DNA of 64,000 nucleotides from Spirochaetia bacterium (GTDB lineage Bacteria; Spirochaetota; Spirochaetia; G963692905): NCBI GenBank assembly GCA_965261245.1, contig OZ253446.1, positions 2,069,587 to 2,133,586 of the forward strand, read 5' to 3'. Shown piece by piece: positions 29,134 to 39,687 of this stretch (position 1 is its first letter; each line of letters starts with the position of its first letter). The notes under the pieces were generated by a model. It saw only the letters and a program-made list of their open reading frames with translations, ran no database searches and was not told where the DNA came from. The position numbers and the translations under genes were made by a program.

Positions 29134-29637
29134 ATGCGTATGTGTAAAAAGTTTGTGTTGCTTGGTGTTTTGGTGATTGGGATTGCCAGCGCTGGGGTTA
29201 TCGCGCAGGAGCGTGAAGGAATTATTTATGAGTGGAGTACGAATATTGAGGAGGCCGTTGAGGAGGCTGGGCAGGAAGATAAATATGTGTTTGTCTATTT
29301 TGCCGGCAGCGATTGGTGTCCGTATTGTATGGATTTTGAGGCGAACGTAATTGATGCGCCGACCTTTCAGCGGTACCTGGGGGAGAATTTTGTCCCGGTG
29401 CTTATTGATTCGCCGCGATATCTTGAAATTAGCGAGGAGCAGAAGGCGTACAACCAGGAGCAGTTGGCGACCTACGATGTCCGGGGATTTCCGGCCATTG
29501 GGGTGTTTAGCGGCACCGGGGAGCCGTTGGTTCTGACGGGGTACAACAGGAACGGGGTGCATGCGTTCACCCGGTATCTCAAGCAGGTAATCCGTACCGA
29601 CCAGGAAGCGCAGGAAACTCCCTCAGAAGAGGGATAG
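29134..29637 (+). CDS. Secreted thioredoxin-fold protein with CxxC motif
   Basis: Signal peptide MRMCKKFVLLGVLVIGIASAGVIA; redox motif WCPYC within YFAGSDWCPYCMDFE. Confidence 0.65.
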   Translation: MRMCKKFVLLGVLVIGIASAGVIAQEREGIIYEWSTNIEEAVEEAGQEDKYVFVYFAGSDWCPYCMDFEANVIDAPTFQRYLGENFVPVLIDSPRYLEISEEQKAYNQEQLATYDVRGFPAIGVFSGTGEPLVLTGYNRNGVHAFTRYLKQVIRTDQEAQETPSEEG

Positions 29638-29663
29638 CGCAAGAGCGGGAGGGGGCGCGGGGC

Positions 29664-30395
29664 GTGCTGCATAAACAGAATCAAATTGTCGTCCTGGTAG
29701 TGGGCGTGCTGCTGCTCTCCTCCAGTTCCAACTTTACATCGGTCACTCCAGATGCCGGGGCAAACGGCGGGGAGCGGTTTCATGGGTTTGCGGAGTGGGT
29801 AGCGAGCAACACTCCGGCGGTCGGCAGCGGGGATGAGGTGCTGTCGGATTTTTTGATTCCGGACAATCTCCAGAGTATTGATGATTATTACCAGCACCCC
29901 CTGACCCATCAGTTGGTTATTGATTTTTTTGTGGGGGTGACGTACTCGGAAGAGATTGCGCTGCCGATACTTTTTCACTCCGAGCGCGAGCAGGTGCCGG
30001 TGGATTTGATGTTTTCTATCTCGTGGGTTGAGAGCAGGTTTCGCCCGTATGCGACCAACGATAATCCGACTACAATAGACCGCGGGCTGTTTCAGCTGAA
30101 TTCGGCCAGCTTTTTTCAGCTGAGTTTGGATGATTTTTTTCATCCGGAAATTAATACCCTGCATGCGTCGCAGTATTTGCGCTTCTGTTTGGATCGGAGC
30201 AATGGGAGCGATGCTACTGCGCTGGCTATCTACAATGCCGGGTTGACGCGGGTGCGGACGGGAAGTATTCCGCAGACGACGCAGGTGTATATTTCGCGGG
30301 TCCTGGAGTATCGGGCGCAGCTTACTGATAGGTTTTTTGCCTATATTGACCGACGGGTGGCGGACCGCCGCGCGGTCGCAGGGCAAAACTCGTAA
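29664..30395 (+). CDS. Lytic transglycosylase (SLT-domain) protein
   Basis: GTG start after GGAGG; signal/anchor segment; SLT motifs ISWVESRFRPYA, DRGLFQLN, AIYNAG. Confidence 0.7.
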   Translation: MLHKQNQIVVLVVGVLLLSSSSNFTSVTPDAGANGGERFHGFAEWVASNTPAVGSGDEVLSDFLIPDNLQSIDDYYQHPLTHQLVIDFFVGVTYSEEIALPILFHSEREQVPVDLMFSISWVESRFRPYATNDNPTTIDRGLFQLNSASFFQLSLDDFFHPEINTLHASQYLRFCLDRSNGSDATALAIYNAGLTRVRTGSIPQTTQVYISRVLEYRAQLTDRFFAYIDRRVADRRAVAGQNS

Positions 30396-30412
30396 CGCAG
30401 CAGCGAGAGTAT

Positions 30413-32899
30413 ATGGGCGAGCGCGAGCAGCGGTATCCGTTTGATACCATAGAGGCGAAGTGGCAGAAACACTGGGACGATAACCGTACCTTTGCGGTTT
30501 CCGAAGACCCCGGGGTGCCGCGCGAGCGGCGGCGGTATGTGCTGGATATGTTCCCCTATCCGTCGTCGTCGGGGCTGCATGTCGGGCACCCCGAGGGGTA
30601 CACGGCAACTGATATCTATTGCCGGTACCTGCGCATGCGGGGGTACGCGGTCCTGCACCCCATGGGGTTTGACAGCTTTGGGCTGCCGGCGGAGAATTAC
30701 GCCATAGAAACCGGGACGCACCCGCGGGCTACCACGGAAGAGAACATTGAACGGTTCCGCAAGCAGATAAAATCGTTTGGGTTCAGTTATGACTGGCAGC
30801 GGGAGGTTTCGACCCATACCCAGGAGTACTACCGGTGGACGCAGTGGATATTTTTGCAGCTCTACCACCAGGGGTTGGCGTATATTGCGGATTTGCCGGT
30901 GTGGTTTTGTCCGAACCTGGGGACGGTGCTGGCAAACGAAGAGGTGCTGGCGACCGATGACGGGCCGCGGTCGGAGCGCGGGAACCATCCCGTGGAGCGG
31001 CGGCAGCTGCGCCAGTGGGTGCTGCGGATCACTGAGTTTGCCGAGGAGCTGCTGGCCGGACTGGATGGACTGGATTGGCCGGAGTCAATTAAGGCGATGC
31101 AGCGTAACTGGATTGGCCGGAGTGAAGGCGCGGTGGTGCGGTTTGATATTGCCGGACACGAGGGTGCCAATATTGAGGTGTTTACCACGCGCCCGGATAC
31201 GCTCTTTGGGGCGACGTTTATTGTCCTGGCACCCGAGCATCCACTGATTGAGAAAATAACTACCGATGCGCAGAGCAAACCCGTGAGTGGATACATTAGC
31301 GGCGTGCAGAATAAGAGCGACCTGGAGCGTACCGATTTAGCAAAAGAGAAGAGCGGTGTATTCACCGGAGGGTTTGCGGTTAACCCCGCCACCGGGGAGA
31401 AGATACCGATTTGGGTTGGCGAGTACGTACTTATTTCGTACGGCGGCGGGGCGATAATGGGGGTGCCGGCGCACGATGAGCGCGACCATGAGTTTGCAAC
31501 CCTGCATGGGCTGTCGATTGTGCCGGTGTATGAAATTGCCGATGACAGTGACGGCGAGAGCGAGTGGCGAGTGCCTGATCTGCCATTCACCGGGAGCGGG
31601 CGGGTTATTAATTCCGGGGAGTTTTCCGGCCTGGGGACCGGGGAGTGCAAGGAAAAAATAATTACGTGGTTAGAAGCGCGCGGGCTGGGGAGTGCGAAGG
31701 TAGAGTACAAGCTCAGGGACTGGATATTTAGCCGGCAGCGCTACTGGGGGGAGCCGATTCCCGTGGGATTTGGGGCTGACGGGAGCATGCACCCCCTGGG
31801 GGCAAGCGAGCTGCCGTTGACATTGCCGGAGGTGAAGTCATATCAGCCGTCAGGGGATGGGAACTCGCCCCTGGCGACCATTGATGAGTGGATGAGCTAC
31901 CCGGACCCGCAGGCACCGGGCGAGACATTACGGCGCGAGAGTAACACCATGCCGCAGTGGGCGGGGTCGTGCTGGTATTACATGCGTTTCATTGACCCGC
32001 ATAACAGTACGCAATTTGCGGATAAGGAAAAGCTGGCCTATTGGCTGCCCGTTGACCTGTATGTGGGCGGGGCCGAGCATGCGGTTTTGCATCTGTTGTA
32101 TGCGCGGTTCTGGCATCGGGTGCTGTATAAAATCGGGTTGGTGCCGTGTGCGGAGCCGTTTAAGCGGCTGGTGAACCAGGGGATTATCCTTGGGGAGAAC
32201 GGAATAAAGATGTCCAAGTCGCTGGGTAATGTGGTGAACCCCGATGAGTTGATTGCCCAATACGGGGCCGATTCGCTGCGGATATACGAGATGTTTATGG
32301 GGCCGCTGCAGATGCCGAAGCCGTGGAATACCAACGGGCTTGTCGGTATGTTTCGGTTTTTGAACCGTGTGTGGAACTTTGCCGCAACCGCGCCGCTGAT
32401 TGATGATGCCAAGACGCCGGCGCCGTTGGAGCTGCAGCAGACCGTCCACCGCGCCGTGAAGAAGGTCGGGGAAGATATTGACCGTCTGGCCTTTAATACC
32501 GCAATTTCGCAGCTGATGATATGCCTGAATGCCTTTACCAAAACCGACGGAGGGGGGCGGTTTGCCAGCTTGTGGGAACGGTTTGTCTTGCTGCTCTCGC
32601 CGTTTGCCCCGCACATCGGGGAGGAATTATGGGAGCAGCTGGGGCACACCGAGAGCCTGGCCTACCAGGCGTGGCCGGAGTATTCGCCGGAGCTCATCGT
32701 TGATGATACGTGTACCATCGCGGTGCAGGTGAACGGTAAGCTGCGGGGGACCATAGAGTGCGCGGGCGGGCTTGAACGGGAAGCGGTTATTGGTGCGGCT
32801 ATGGGTAACGAGCAGGTTGTGCGGCACCTGGGGGGGCGCGAGCCGAAAAAGGTCATCGTTGTACCCGACAAGCTTGTTAATTTTGTAGTCGCGGGGTAA
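30413..32899 (+). CDS. leuS: Leucyl-tRNA synthetase
   Basis: Class-I HIGH-type motif (HVGHPEG), KMSKS motif (KMSKSLGN), LeuS-specific editing and anticodon-binding regions; 828 aa. Confidence 0.95.
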   Translation: MGEREQRYPFDTIEAKWQKHWDDNRTFAVSEDPGVPRERRRYVLDMFPYPSSSGLHVGHPEGYTATDIYCRYLRMRGYAVLHPMGFDSFGLPAENYAIETGTHPRATTEENIERFRKQIKSFGFSYDWQREVSTHTQEYYRWTQWIFLQLYHQGLAYIADLPVWFCPNLGTVLANEEVLATDDGPRSERGNHPVERRQLRQWVLRITEFAEELLAGLDGLDWPESIKAMQRNWIGRSEGAVVRFDIAGHEGANIEVFTTRPDTLFGATFIVLAPEHPLIEKITTDAQSKPVSGYISGVQNKSDLERTDLAKEKSGVFTGGFAVNPATGEKIPIWVGEYVLISYGGGAIMGVPAHDERDHEFATLHGLSIVPVYEIADDSDGESEWRVPDLPFTGSGRVINSGEFSGLGTGECKEKIITWLEARGLGSAKVEYKLRDWIFSRQRYWGEPIPVGFGADGSMHPLGASELPLTLPEVKSYQPSGDGNSPLATIDEWMSYPDPQAPGETLRRESNTMPQWAGSCWYYMRFIDPHNSTQFADKEKLAYWLPVDLYVGGAEHAVLHLLYARFWHRVLYKIGLVPCAEPFKRLVNQGIILGENGIKMSKSLGNVVNPDELIAQYGADSLRIYEMFMGPLQMPKPWNTNGLVGMFRFLNRVWNFAATAPLIDDAKTPAPLELQQTVHRAVKKVGEDIDRLAFNTAISQLMICLNAFTKTDGGGRFASLWERFVLLLSPFAPHIGEELWEQLGHTESLAYQAWPEYSPELIVDDTCTIAVQVNGKLRGTIECAGGLEREAVIGAAMGNEQVVRHLGGREPKKVIVVPDKLVNFVVAG

Positions 32900-32907
32900 C
32901 GCGCGCG

Positions 32908-33678
32908 TTATTCCCAGGTGCCGGTTACCAAGGTGTGGCCGGTGTCAGTGATAGCGAGGGCCGCCTGCAGGCCGTGTTCGGGGGAGAAGAGGCGGTAGGT
33001 TCCCACAGGTAGGGTCACCTCGACTGGCTGAGCAGGGCCGGCGGGGCTGATAAGCGGAGGGATTGAGTATTCGTTTGCCAGCCAGCGTCCACGGGGGAGG
33101 GGGATCTGGCGGGATAGTCTGGGGAGCGGTTTTATGGCATCGGCGCGCATCTTTCGGGAGTGGATGCGTTTTAATATGGCGGGGCTGTCGATCAAACAAG
33201 GCGCGTTGCCGCTGCGGGCGGTAATTTCTGCCAGCAGCCGCTTGCCGTTAAAGCGCGCAAAGTCCGCGAGGGTAACCGAGAGCTCCAGGAGTGCGGCGTA
33301 GGTGCACTGCCCGTCCCACTGGAGGGTGATGGTGTTGGTGCGGCCGTTGTGGATGACGTATGCGCCGGCAGGAGCGTAGGGGGTGCTGGTGCGGGATATT
33401 GGGGTCAGGGTAATGACTATGGGGGCGTAGAGGGGGACGGTGATACGAGGCAGGGCGGCGGTGAGGCTGGGGATCCGCTGTTCGGCTATTTTACCGGGGG
33501 CGGCGTGCCAGTTCAGGCGGTAGTGGGTTATATCGGGGGCGAGTTCGCGCAGACGCTGCGGGGGCGGTGCGGTGCGGAGGGAGATTGGGGCGTATGCTGT
33601 CGGGAAATCGGGGGTACAGGCGCCGCTCCCGATGGAGACGATGAGTGCAGCGGGTAACAAAATATATAATATGCGCAC
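32908..33678 (-). CDS. Hypothetical secreted protein / lipoprotein
   Basis: N-terminal signal with lipobox-like SIGSGAC; 256 aa; no assignable motif. Confidence 0.45.
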   Translation of the reverse strand: MRILYILLPAALIVSIGSGACTPDFPTAYAPISLRTAPPPQRLRELAPDITHYRLNWHAAPGKIAEQRIPSLTAALPRITVPLYAPIVITLTPISRTSTPYAPAGAYVIHNGRTNTITLQWDGQCTYAALLELSVTLADFARFNGKRLLAEITARSGNAPCLIDSPAILKRIHSRKMRADAIKPLPRLSRQIPLPRGRWLANEYSIPPLISPAGPAQPVEVTLPVGTYRLFSPEHGLQAALAITDTGHTLVTGTWE

Positions 33679-33689
33679 AGGTGTTTAAT

Positions 33690-34032
33690 GGGAAAAAAGA
33701 CGGCGATGCATGACGCATTACGCTCCATTGCCGCGTGGAAGACGTATTCCTTACAAAGGCGACCGGGGGTAGCTCTGGTTGTTGGCGCCGCGCGAGCGGC
33801 GCACCATACATTGACGTTGGATTGGCGTGTATTGACGCTGTGTTTACGAAAAGGGGGCGCCGCTCTAGTGTTACGGATGTGGCGTGTTTGGCTCCGTTGC
33901 CGCGTGGGAGACGTATGCTTTACAGTAGCGACCGGGGGTAGCGTAATAATTTTAGCCCATTTAGGGCGAGCGTTAGTGAGCCCGTTAAAAATGGGCGTTA
34001 AAAAATTATGGAGCGAGGGGGCCGGCGGCCCC
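33690..34032 (-). repeat. Modular intergenic repeat (head type 1 plus tail modules), inverted copy
   Basis: Reverse complement of 33936-34032 matches 7562-7660; CGCTACCCCCGGTCGC..GTAAAG modules at about 33905-33945 and 33745-33790. Confidence 0.55.
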
Positions 34033-34099
34033 CTCTTTGCAAAAAAATTTTGCTAAAATGGTTGACGGCAGTTTTATAATGTGTTATACTATTCTTGCT

Positions 34100-34816
34100 A
34101 TGGGTAAAACACAAAATGATTACACGGTCGGCGCACCGCAATGGGATAGGGTCGATAATATAAACCGGGACAAGGTTCCTGTCCGGTTATTTAAATCAAA
34201 GGCGTTGGAGAAGTTCAGTCATATTTCTCCGAAGCTGGTACTGGCGACGTGGGTGCCGCTGGTAACGTTTATGCTTGCCTATGGGATTTACGGGACCTCG
34301 CGGGCGGGTGGTGCGTTGTGGCATCTCCCGATTGCATTTGTGTGCGGGTGGTTTATCTGGACGTTTATGGAATATATTATTCACCGTTTTGTTTTTCATT
34401 ATCATCCATCTATGCAGCGCATCAAGCGTGCTATATTTACCGTACACGGGGTGCATCATACGCAGCCGATGTGCAAAAGCCGGTTGGTTATGCCGCCGGT
34501 TATCAGTGTGCCCCTCGGGCTGCTGTTTTATGGGATTTTTTACCTTATCGGGAACGTTGGGCTTGGACAGCCGACGTGGGTTCCGATTATATACGCGGGA
34601 TTTATGAGCGGGTATGTTATTTACGATATGGTGCATTACGCCTTGCACCATGCGAAGGGTAAAAATGGGTTTCTCGCTATGTGCCGCCGGCAGCATATGC
34701 GTCACCACTTCAAGTGTCCGAATATGCGTTTTGCGGTAACCATGCCGTTGTGGGATTATGTCTTCGGCACTATGCCGTCAAGCGGGCTGAGCAAAAAAGT
34801 CGGCAAAGACGGTTAG
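34100..34816 (+). CDS. Fatty acid hydroxylase superfamily (sterol desaturase-like) integral membrane protein
   Basis: Histidine boxes HRFVFHYH, HGVHH, HYALHH, HMRHH; several TM helices; start chosen downstream of a TATAAT at about 34075. Confidence 0.6.
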   Translation: MGKTQNDYTVGAPQWDRVDNINRDKVPVRLFKSKALEKFSHISPKLVLATWVPLVTFMLAYGIYGTSRAGGALWHLPIAFVCGWFIWTFMEYIIHRFVFHYHPSMQRIKRAIFTVHGVHHTQPMCKSRLVMPPVISVPLGLLFYGIFYLIGNVGLGQPTWVPIIYAGFMSGYVIYDMVHYALHHAKGKNGFLAMCRRQHMRHHFKCPNMRFAVTMPLWDYVFGTMPSSGLSKKVGKDG

Positions 34817-34820
34817 GCAG

Positions 34821-37244
34821 GTGAAGGCAGCTGCGCGGCCAGCAGGGGGGCGGCGGCGGAAACGTCTTATTACCGCTGCCCTGCCGTATGTGAACAACGT
34901 CCCGCATCTTGGGAATCTGGTGCAAGGGCTATCGGGGGATATCTTTGCGCGGTTTTGCCGGCTGCGCGGGCACGAGACCCTGTATATTTGCGGGACGGAT
35001 GAGTTCGGGACGGCTACGGAGACGCGGGCACGCGAATTGGGTATCACGCCGCGGGAGCTGTGCGATCAATACTACCCGATACACGCCGGGGCGTACGAGT
35101 GGTTTCAGTTATCGTTTGATAAATTTGGGCGCACCTCGGATCCGGTACATACCGAGATTACCCAGGGGTTATTCAATGCCCTGAACGGCAATGGGTTTAT
35201 TACCAGTAAAAAAATTGAGCAGCTCTATTCCGAGGAGTCGCAAATATTTCTGGCAGACAGGTATGTACGGGGCCGGTGTCCGCACTGCGATTACGAAGAG
35301 GCGCGGGGCGATCAGTGCGAAAATTGCGGGAAGCTCCTGGACCCCAGTGAGCTCCGCGACCCGGTGTGTGTCCTGGACGGCAGCGTACCGGTTAAGCGTG
35401 CTACCGAACATCTGTATATTGATCTAGCCGCCCTGCAAGGCGAGCTGGAGAAGTGGCTTGCCAGCAGCGGGGCCGATGACCGATGGGCAAAAAATGCCCT
35501 GCGGGTTACCCGGGCGTGGATACGCGACGGGCTGCGGGAGCGGGCAATTACCCGCGACCTGACCTGGGGGATTCCGGTGCCCCTGGATGGGTACCGAAAC
35601 AAGGTGTTTTATGTATGGTTTGATGCCTGTATTGGGTACATCTCTATTACCGCCTCGCACACTGACAAGTGGCGGGAGTGGTGGCAGAACCCCGATGACG
35701 TCGATTTGTTTCATTTTGTCGGCAAGGATAATATTCCGTTTCATACAGTGGTTTTCCCGTGTACGCTGATTGGGAGCCGGGAGAAGTGGACCATGCTGTA
35801 CAACATCTCCTCCTCGGAGTACCTGAACTACGAGGGCGGGCAATTTTCCAAGAGCAAAGGGCGCGGGGTGTTTGTGAATGATGTCCTGGATAGCGGGATT
35901 CCGTCGGATGTGTGGCGGTATTACCTGACGGCCAACCGCCCGGAGAGTGCCGATAGTTCGTTCTCGTGGGAAGAATTTTATGCGCGTATCAACAAAGAGC
36001 TCATTGGTACGTTTGCAAACCTGTATAACCGTATCAGCTCGTTTGTAATCAAAAACATGGACGGGAAGGTGCCGAAGGTTGATTTTGCTGCCCTGGCCGC
36101 AGAAGAGAACGGGACCAGTGGGGGCGGTGATGGGTTTTTGGTGCATCGGGATTGCTTTGTGCCGATGCGCGGGCTGCTTGCAGAGATCGAAAGTGCGATG
36201 GAGAAAATTGAGCAGCGGAGTGCCCTGCGGGCGGTGATTGGTCTAGCGACCCTGGGGAATAAACTGTTTCAGAACTACGAGCCGTGGAAATTGATTAAAA
36301 CCGATGCTCATCAGGTAGATGTACTGGTTGGGGCGCTGTTTGAATTGGCCAAGAACCTGGCGATTGTTGCGGCGCCGTTTTTGCCGCAGACTGCCGCGCG
36401 GTGCTATAGGGATGTTTTGGGAATTACGCGCCCGTTGGTGTGGGACGATATTTCCGAGTATGCCGACTTTGGTACCATCTCCCCTGCCCCGCTGCTGTTC
36501 GAGCGGTTGGAATGGAAGGAAATTGAGGATTTTCGGAAGCGGTTTGGCGGTCAGGACGGCAACGCACCGGCGGGGGGCGCGGCGGGCGATGGCGCGGCGG
36601 GCGATGGCGCGGCGGGCGGCGAGAAAAAGCCTGCGCCGCCCGAGAGCGCAAAAAAAGAGAGTGCCGCCGCGCCTGTTGATGCGGAGCATTTTATGCGGGA
36701 GGTAGAGCTGCGTGTTGCCCGCATTACCGATGTGCACCCGCACCCCGACGCCGACAAACTCTATATCGAAACCCTGGATGACGGGAGCGGAGAGGCGCGG
36801 CAAATTGTGTCGGGTCTGGTGCCGCACTACCAGGCGCAAGAGCTATTGCACAAACATATAATACTGGTTGCAAACCTGAAGGCCGCCAAACTGCGCGGCG
36901 TGATGAGTAACGGGATGCTGTTGGCTGCCTCCGATGATGATCGGGTGTCTGTACTGGAATGCAGCGCGCAGCCGGGGACGCAGGTTGTCTGCCAGGACGG
37001 TGCGCACGGGAGCGGGAAAGACGCGCCGGCGGGCACCGGACAAGGGGCGCCCGCTGCCGGGACCAGCGAGACAGCGTACCCGCCCCTGACAATAGACCGA
37101 TTTTTTCAATTCTCATTACTTCTGCGTGACGGGCGGGCTGTGTTGGTTGACGGCGACCGGGAGTGGGTGCTGGCAGCGGCGAGTGCCGGCGAGACCGCAC
37201 CGCTGACCGTTGCCGCCCCCCTGACCGACGGTACCATTGGCTGA
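34821..37244 (+). CDS. metG: Methionyl-tRNA synthetase with C-terminal tRNA-binding domain and an unusual further extension
   Basis: PYVNNVPHLGN (HIGH-type), zinc knuckle CPHCDYEEARGDQCENC, KFSKSKG (KMSKS-type), EMAP-like VELRVARITDVHPHPDADKLYIE; low-complexity GAAGDGAAGDGAAGG insert. Confidence 0.9.
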   Translation: MKAAARPAGGRRRKRLITAALPYVNNVPHLGNLVQGLSGDIFARFCRLRGHETLYICGTDEFGTATETRARELGITPRELCDQYYPIHAGAYEWFQLSFDKFGRTSDPVHTEITQGLFNALNGNGFITSKKIEQLYSEESQIFLADRYVRGRCPHCDYEEARGDQCENCGKLLDPSELRDPVCVLDGSVPVKRATEHLYIDLAALQGELEKWLASSGADDRWAKNALRVTRAWIRDGLRERAITRDLTWGIPVPLDGYRNKVFYVWFDACIGYISITASHTDKWREWWQNPDDVDLFHFVGKDNIPFHTVVFPCTLIGSREKWTMLYNISSSEYLNYEGGQFSKSKGRGVFVNDVLDSGIPSDVWRYYLTANRPESADSSFSWEEFYARINKELIGTFANLYNRISSFVIKNMDGKVPKVDFAALAAEENGTSGGGDGFLVHRDCFVPMRGLLAEIESAMEKIEQRSALRAVIGLATLGNKLFQNYEPWKLIKTDAHQVDVLVGALFELAKNLAIVAAPFLPQTAARCYRDVLGITRPLVWDDISEYADFGTISPAPLLFERLEWKEIEDFRKRFGGQDGNAPAGGAAGDGAAGDGAAGGEKKPAPPESAKKESAAAPVDAEHFMREVELRVARITDVHPHPDADKLYIETLDDGSGEARQIVSGLVPHYQAQELLHKHIILVANLKAAKLRGVMSNGMLLAASDDDRVSVLECSAQPGTQVVCQDGAHGSGKDAPAGTGQGAPAAGTSETAYPPLTIDRFFQFSLLLRDGRAVLVDGDREWVLAAASAGETAPLTVAAPLTDGTIG

Positions 37245-38328
37245 TACCGCACCACCGCCCGTCCTCGCCGTAACCGATAGCCGGCAATATGCAGAGTTAC
37301 CGGCAAATTCACTGTTCCAAACCAGCGAGTGGGCAAAGTTCAAAGAGCGCTTTGGGTGGCGGGCACACTATTTTCTGGTTACCGGCGGGGATTTTGGAAA
37401 CATAGGGACACAATCTCCCGTTCCGCTATTGGTCCTGACCCGCTCGCTGCCAATTATCCGCGCCCTGCGTATCGCCTACGCCCCGCACAGCATCCTGACA
37501 ACAGATACCGCAGCGATACCTGCACTGGCCGGGCTCAGCAGCAGCATTGCCGCCCACCTGCCGGGTGCTACCCTACTTCTCCGTTGGGACACACTGGCCC
37601 CGCAGGAGGCGAGGGAGCTGTTTGCGGCCTGGAAGAGCGAGAGCGGGGGCGGCAGGGGTGCGTTCCGCCCCGCGGTGGCAGATATCCAACCGCCGGCAAC
37701 CGTCATCGTTGACCTGCGTAAAGACAACGACACACTGCTGGCGGCGATGAAGGCAAAGACCCGCTACAACATACGCCTGGCCGAACGCAAGGGAATCCGC
37801 ATCCGCCCGGCACTGCGCGGCGAGCTGCCAACCTGGTATCGGTTATACAAAGAGACGGCAACCCGGGACCGCATCGCCATCCATTCGCAGAAATATTACA
37901 ACGATCTACTTAAGATAATGAACGGCAACGGGAGCAAGCGTCCGCGCTGCGAGCTGCTGTTTGCCGAGCATAACGGGCAGGTAATCAGCGGCATCATCGC
38001 GTCGTACTATAACGGCGCGGCCACCTATCTCTACGGGGCTTCCAGTAACCGCCACCGCAACCTTATGGCCACTTACCTGCTGCAATGGCAGGCGATGCAG
38101 CGTGCCCGCGAGTTGGCATGTACCCAATATGATCTCTTCGGCATCCCCCCGTATGATGATCAAAATCATGCCATGGCTGGCCTGTACCGCTTCAAGGTCG
38201 GGTTTGGCGGCGATATTGTTATCCGCGCCGGGTGCTGGGATTGGCACCTGCGCCGACCCCTGGCTTCACTGTGGCGCGCCGCAGAGAAAACGTATTTCTT
38301 TTACCACAAGACAATCAGGAAACGCTGA
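37237..38328 (+). CDS. FemAB-family peptidoglycan interpeptide-bridge aminoacyltransferase-like protein
   Basis: TTG start overlapping metG stop; FemAB-like C-terminal region (KTRYNIRLAERKG...YLYGAS...LYRFKVGFGG). Confidence 0.55.
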   Translation: MADTAPPPVLAVTDSRQYAELPANSLFQTSEWAKFKERFGWRAHYFLVTGGDFGNIGTQSPVPLLVLTRSLPIIRALRIAYAPHSILTTDTAAIPALAGLSSSIAAHLPGATLLLRWDTLAPQEARELFAAWKSESGGGRGAFRPAVADIQPPATVIVDLRKDNDTLLAAMKAKTRYNIRLAERKGIRIRPALRGELPTWYRLYKETATRDRIAIHSQKYYNDLLKIMNGNGSKRPRCELLFAEHNGQVISGIIASYYNGAATYLYGASSNRHRNLMATYLLQWQAMQRARELACTQYDLFGIPPYDDQNHAMAGLYRFKVGFGGDIVIRAGCWDWHLRRPLASLWRAAEKTYFFYHKTIRKR

Positions 38329-38334
38329 CGTAGT

Positions 38335-39687
38335 TTATTTCTTGTGTGCGGTAATTTCCTTACGGCAGATAAACAGGCACAACCCGCCCGCCAGGAACAG
38401 CAGCGACACCGACCCAATACCGAGACTGAATGACCCGGTAACCTGAGTCAGGAAGCCGAAGAGAAACGGCCCCAGGATAGCCGCAAATTTTCCAAAGATT
38501 TCGTAAAATCCAAAGAATTCGCCGGCGTGATCCAGAGGGATCAGTGTGGCAAAGAAAGAGCGCGACAGGGCCTGCAGCCCGCCTTGACTGGTAGCCACCA
38601 TGAGGGAGATCAGGAGAAACAGCGGCGTGGTCAGCGAACCGGCCATGGGGAGCAGGAAGGCTATGCAGGTAATAATCAAATATGTGCTAATTCCCACAAA
38701 GAGCATGAACAACGGCGAGGTGCGCTTGGCCAGGCGCCCGTACAACAGCGTGAACGGGAAGGCGACAATCTGTATTGCCAGTAAATCCACCAGCAGCAAC
38801 AGGGAGCTAATGCCGATTTTGGAACCAAAATCTGCGGCCAGGCGTACAATAGTATTTACGCCGTCGATGTAGAAAAAATAGGCCAGCAGGAACAGGAATA
38901 TATGCTTGTATCGGCGGATATTATGAAAGGTCCGCCGCAGCTCGCCAAGGGCCGCACCAACGGTACGCACAACAGACAACGGCCCCGCGCGAGTTGACGC
39001 ATCGGTTTTTACAGACGACACCCTGGCGGCCCCGTGAGTTTGGCGGACATTTTTCAGCAGCGGTATAGAAAATAACAGCCACCACAGGGCGGTGACAATA
39101 AAGGTAATGCGGATCCCGGTAATATTCAGCGTTGAGAAATCGCCCCCCGCCAGCAGGTATATGATAACCAGACATACAATAAACGGAATGGCACTTCCGA
39201 TGTACCCATACCCGTACCCGAGGGTCGAGAGCATGTCCATGCGTTCCCGTTTGGTTACATCGACCAGAAAGGTATCGTAAAAGAGATTTGATCCCGCGTA
39301 CCCGACGGTCGTACAGATATACAGAACCATTACCAGGACCCAACTCCCCTGTTGGGTTACCCCTAACAGCATGGTGGTACCTACGCCGACAAACAGAAAG
39401 AACCTGAAATAGCCCATGCGTTTCCGTTTGTAATCAGCAATGGTCCCCAGTATCGGAGAGAGTACGGCGATCAACAGTGCCGCGATGCTATTCCCGTAGG
39501 CCAGGAAGGCCGTAGATGTGGTATCTGCCAACCCGTCCGCACGGGCCACCTGGCCGAAGTATAACGGAAAAATTGCGACGGTAATTATTAAAATATATGC
39601 GGAGTTTGCCCAGTCATACATGGCCCAGCTCTTCTCGGTTTTAGATAGCTTTGGCAGCCACGGTTTCCGTTGCTTCTCTTTACGCAT
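38335..39687 (-). CDS. MFS-type transporter
   Basis: About 12 predicted TM helices; start shortened to MRKEKQRK to avoid overlap with murD. Confidence 0.65.
   Translation of the reverse strand: MRKEKQRKPWLPKLSKTEKSWAMYDWANSAYILIITVAIFPLYFGQVARADGLADTTSTAFLAYGNSIAALLIAVLSPILGTIADYKRKRMGYFRFFLFVGVGTTMLLGVTQQGSWVLVMVLYICTTVGYAGSNLFYDTFLVDVTKRERMDMLSTLGYGYGYIGSAIPFIVCLVIIYLLAGGDFSTLNITGIRITFIVTALWWLLFSIPLLKNVRQTHGAARVSSVKTDASTRAGPLSVVRTVGAALGELRRTFHNIRRYKHIFLFLLAYFFYIDGVNTIVRLAADFGSKIGISSLLLLVDLLAIQIVAFPFTLLYGRLAKRTSPLFMLFVGISTYLIITCIAFLLPMAGSLTTPLFLLISLMVATSQGGLQALSRSFFATLIPLDHAGEFFGFYEIFGKFAAILGPFLFGFLTQVTGSFSLGIGSVSLLFLAGGLCLFICRKEITAHKK

Noticed and set aside
29472-30608. 378-aa minus-strand ORF
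   Set aside because: Antisense to the thioredoxin-fold and lytic transglycosylase genes, which carry recognisable motifs.
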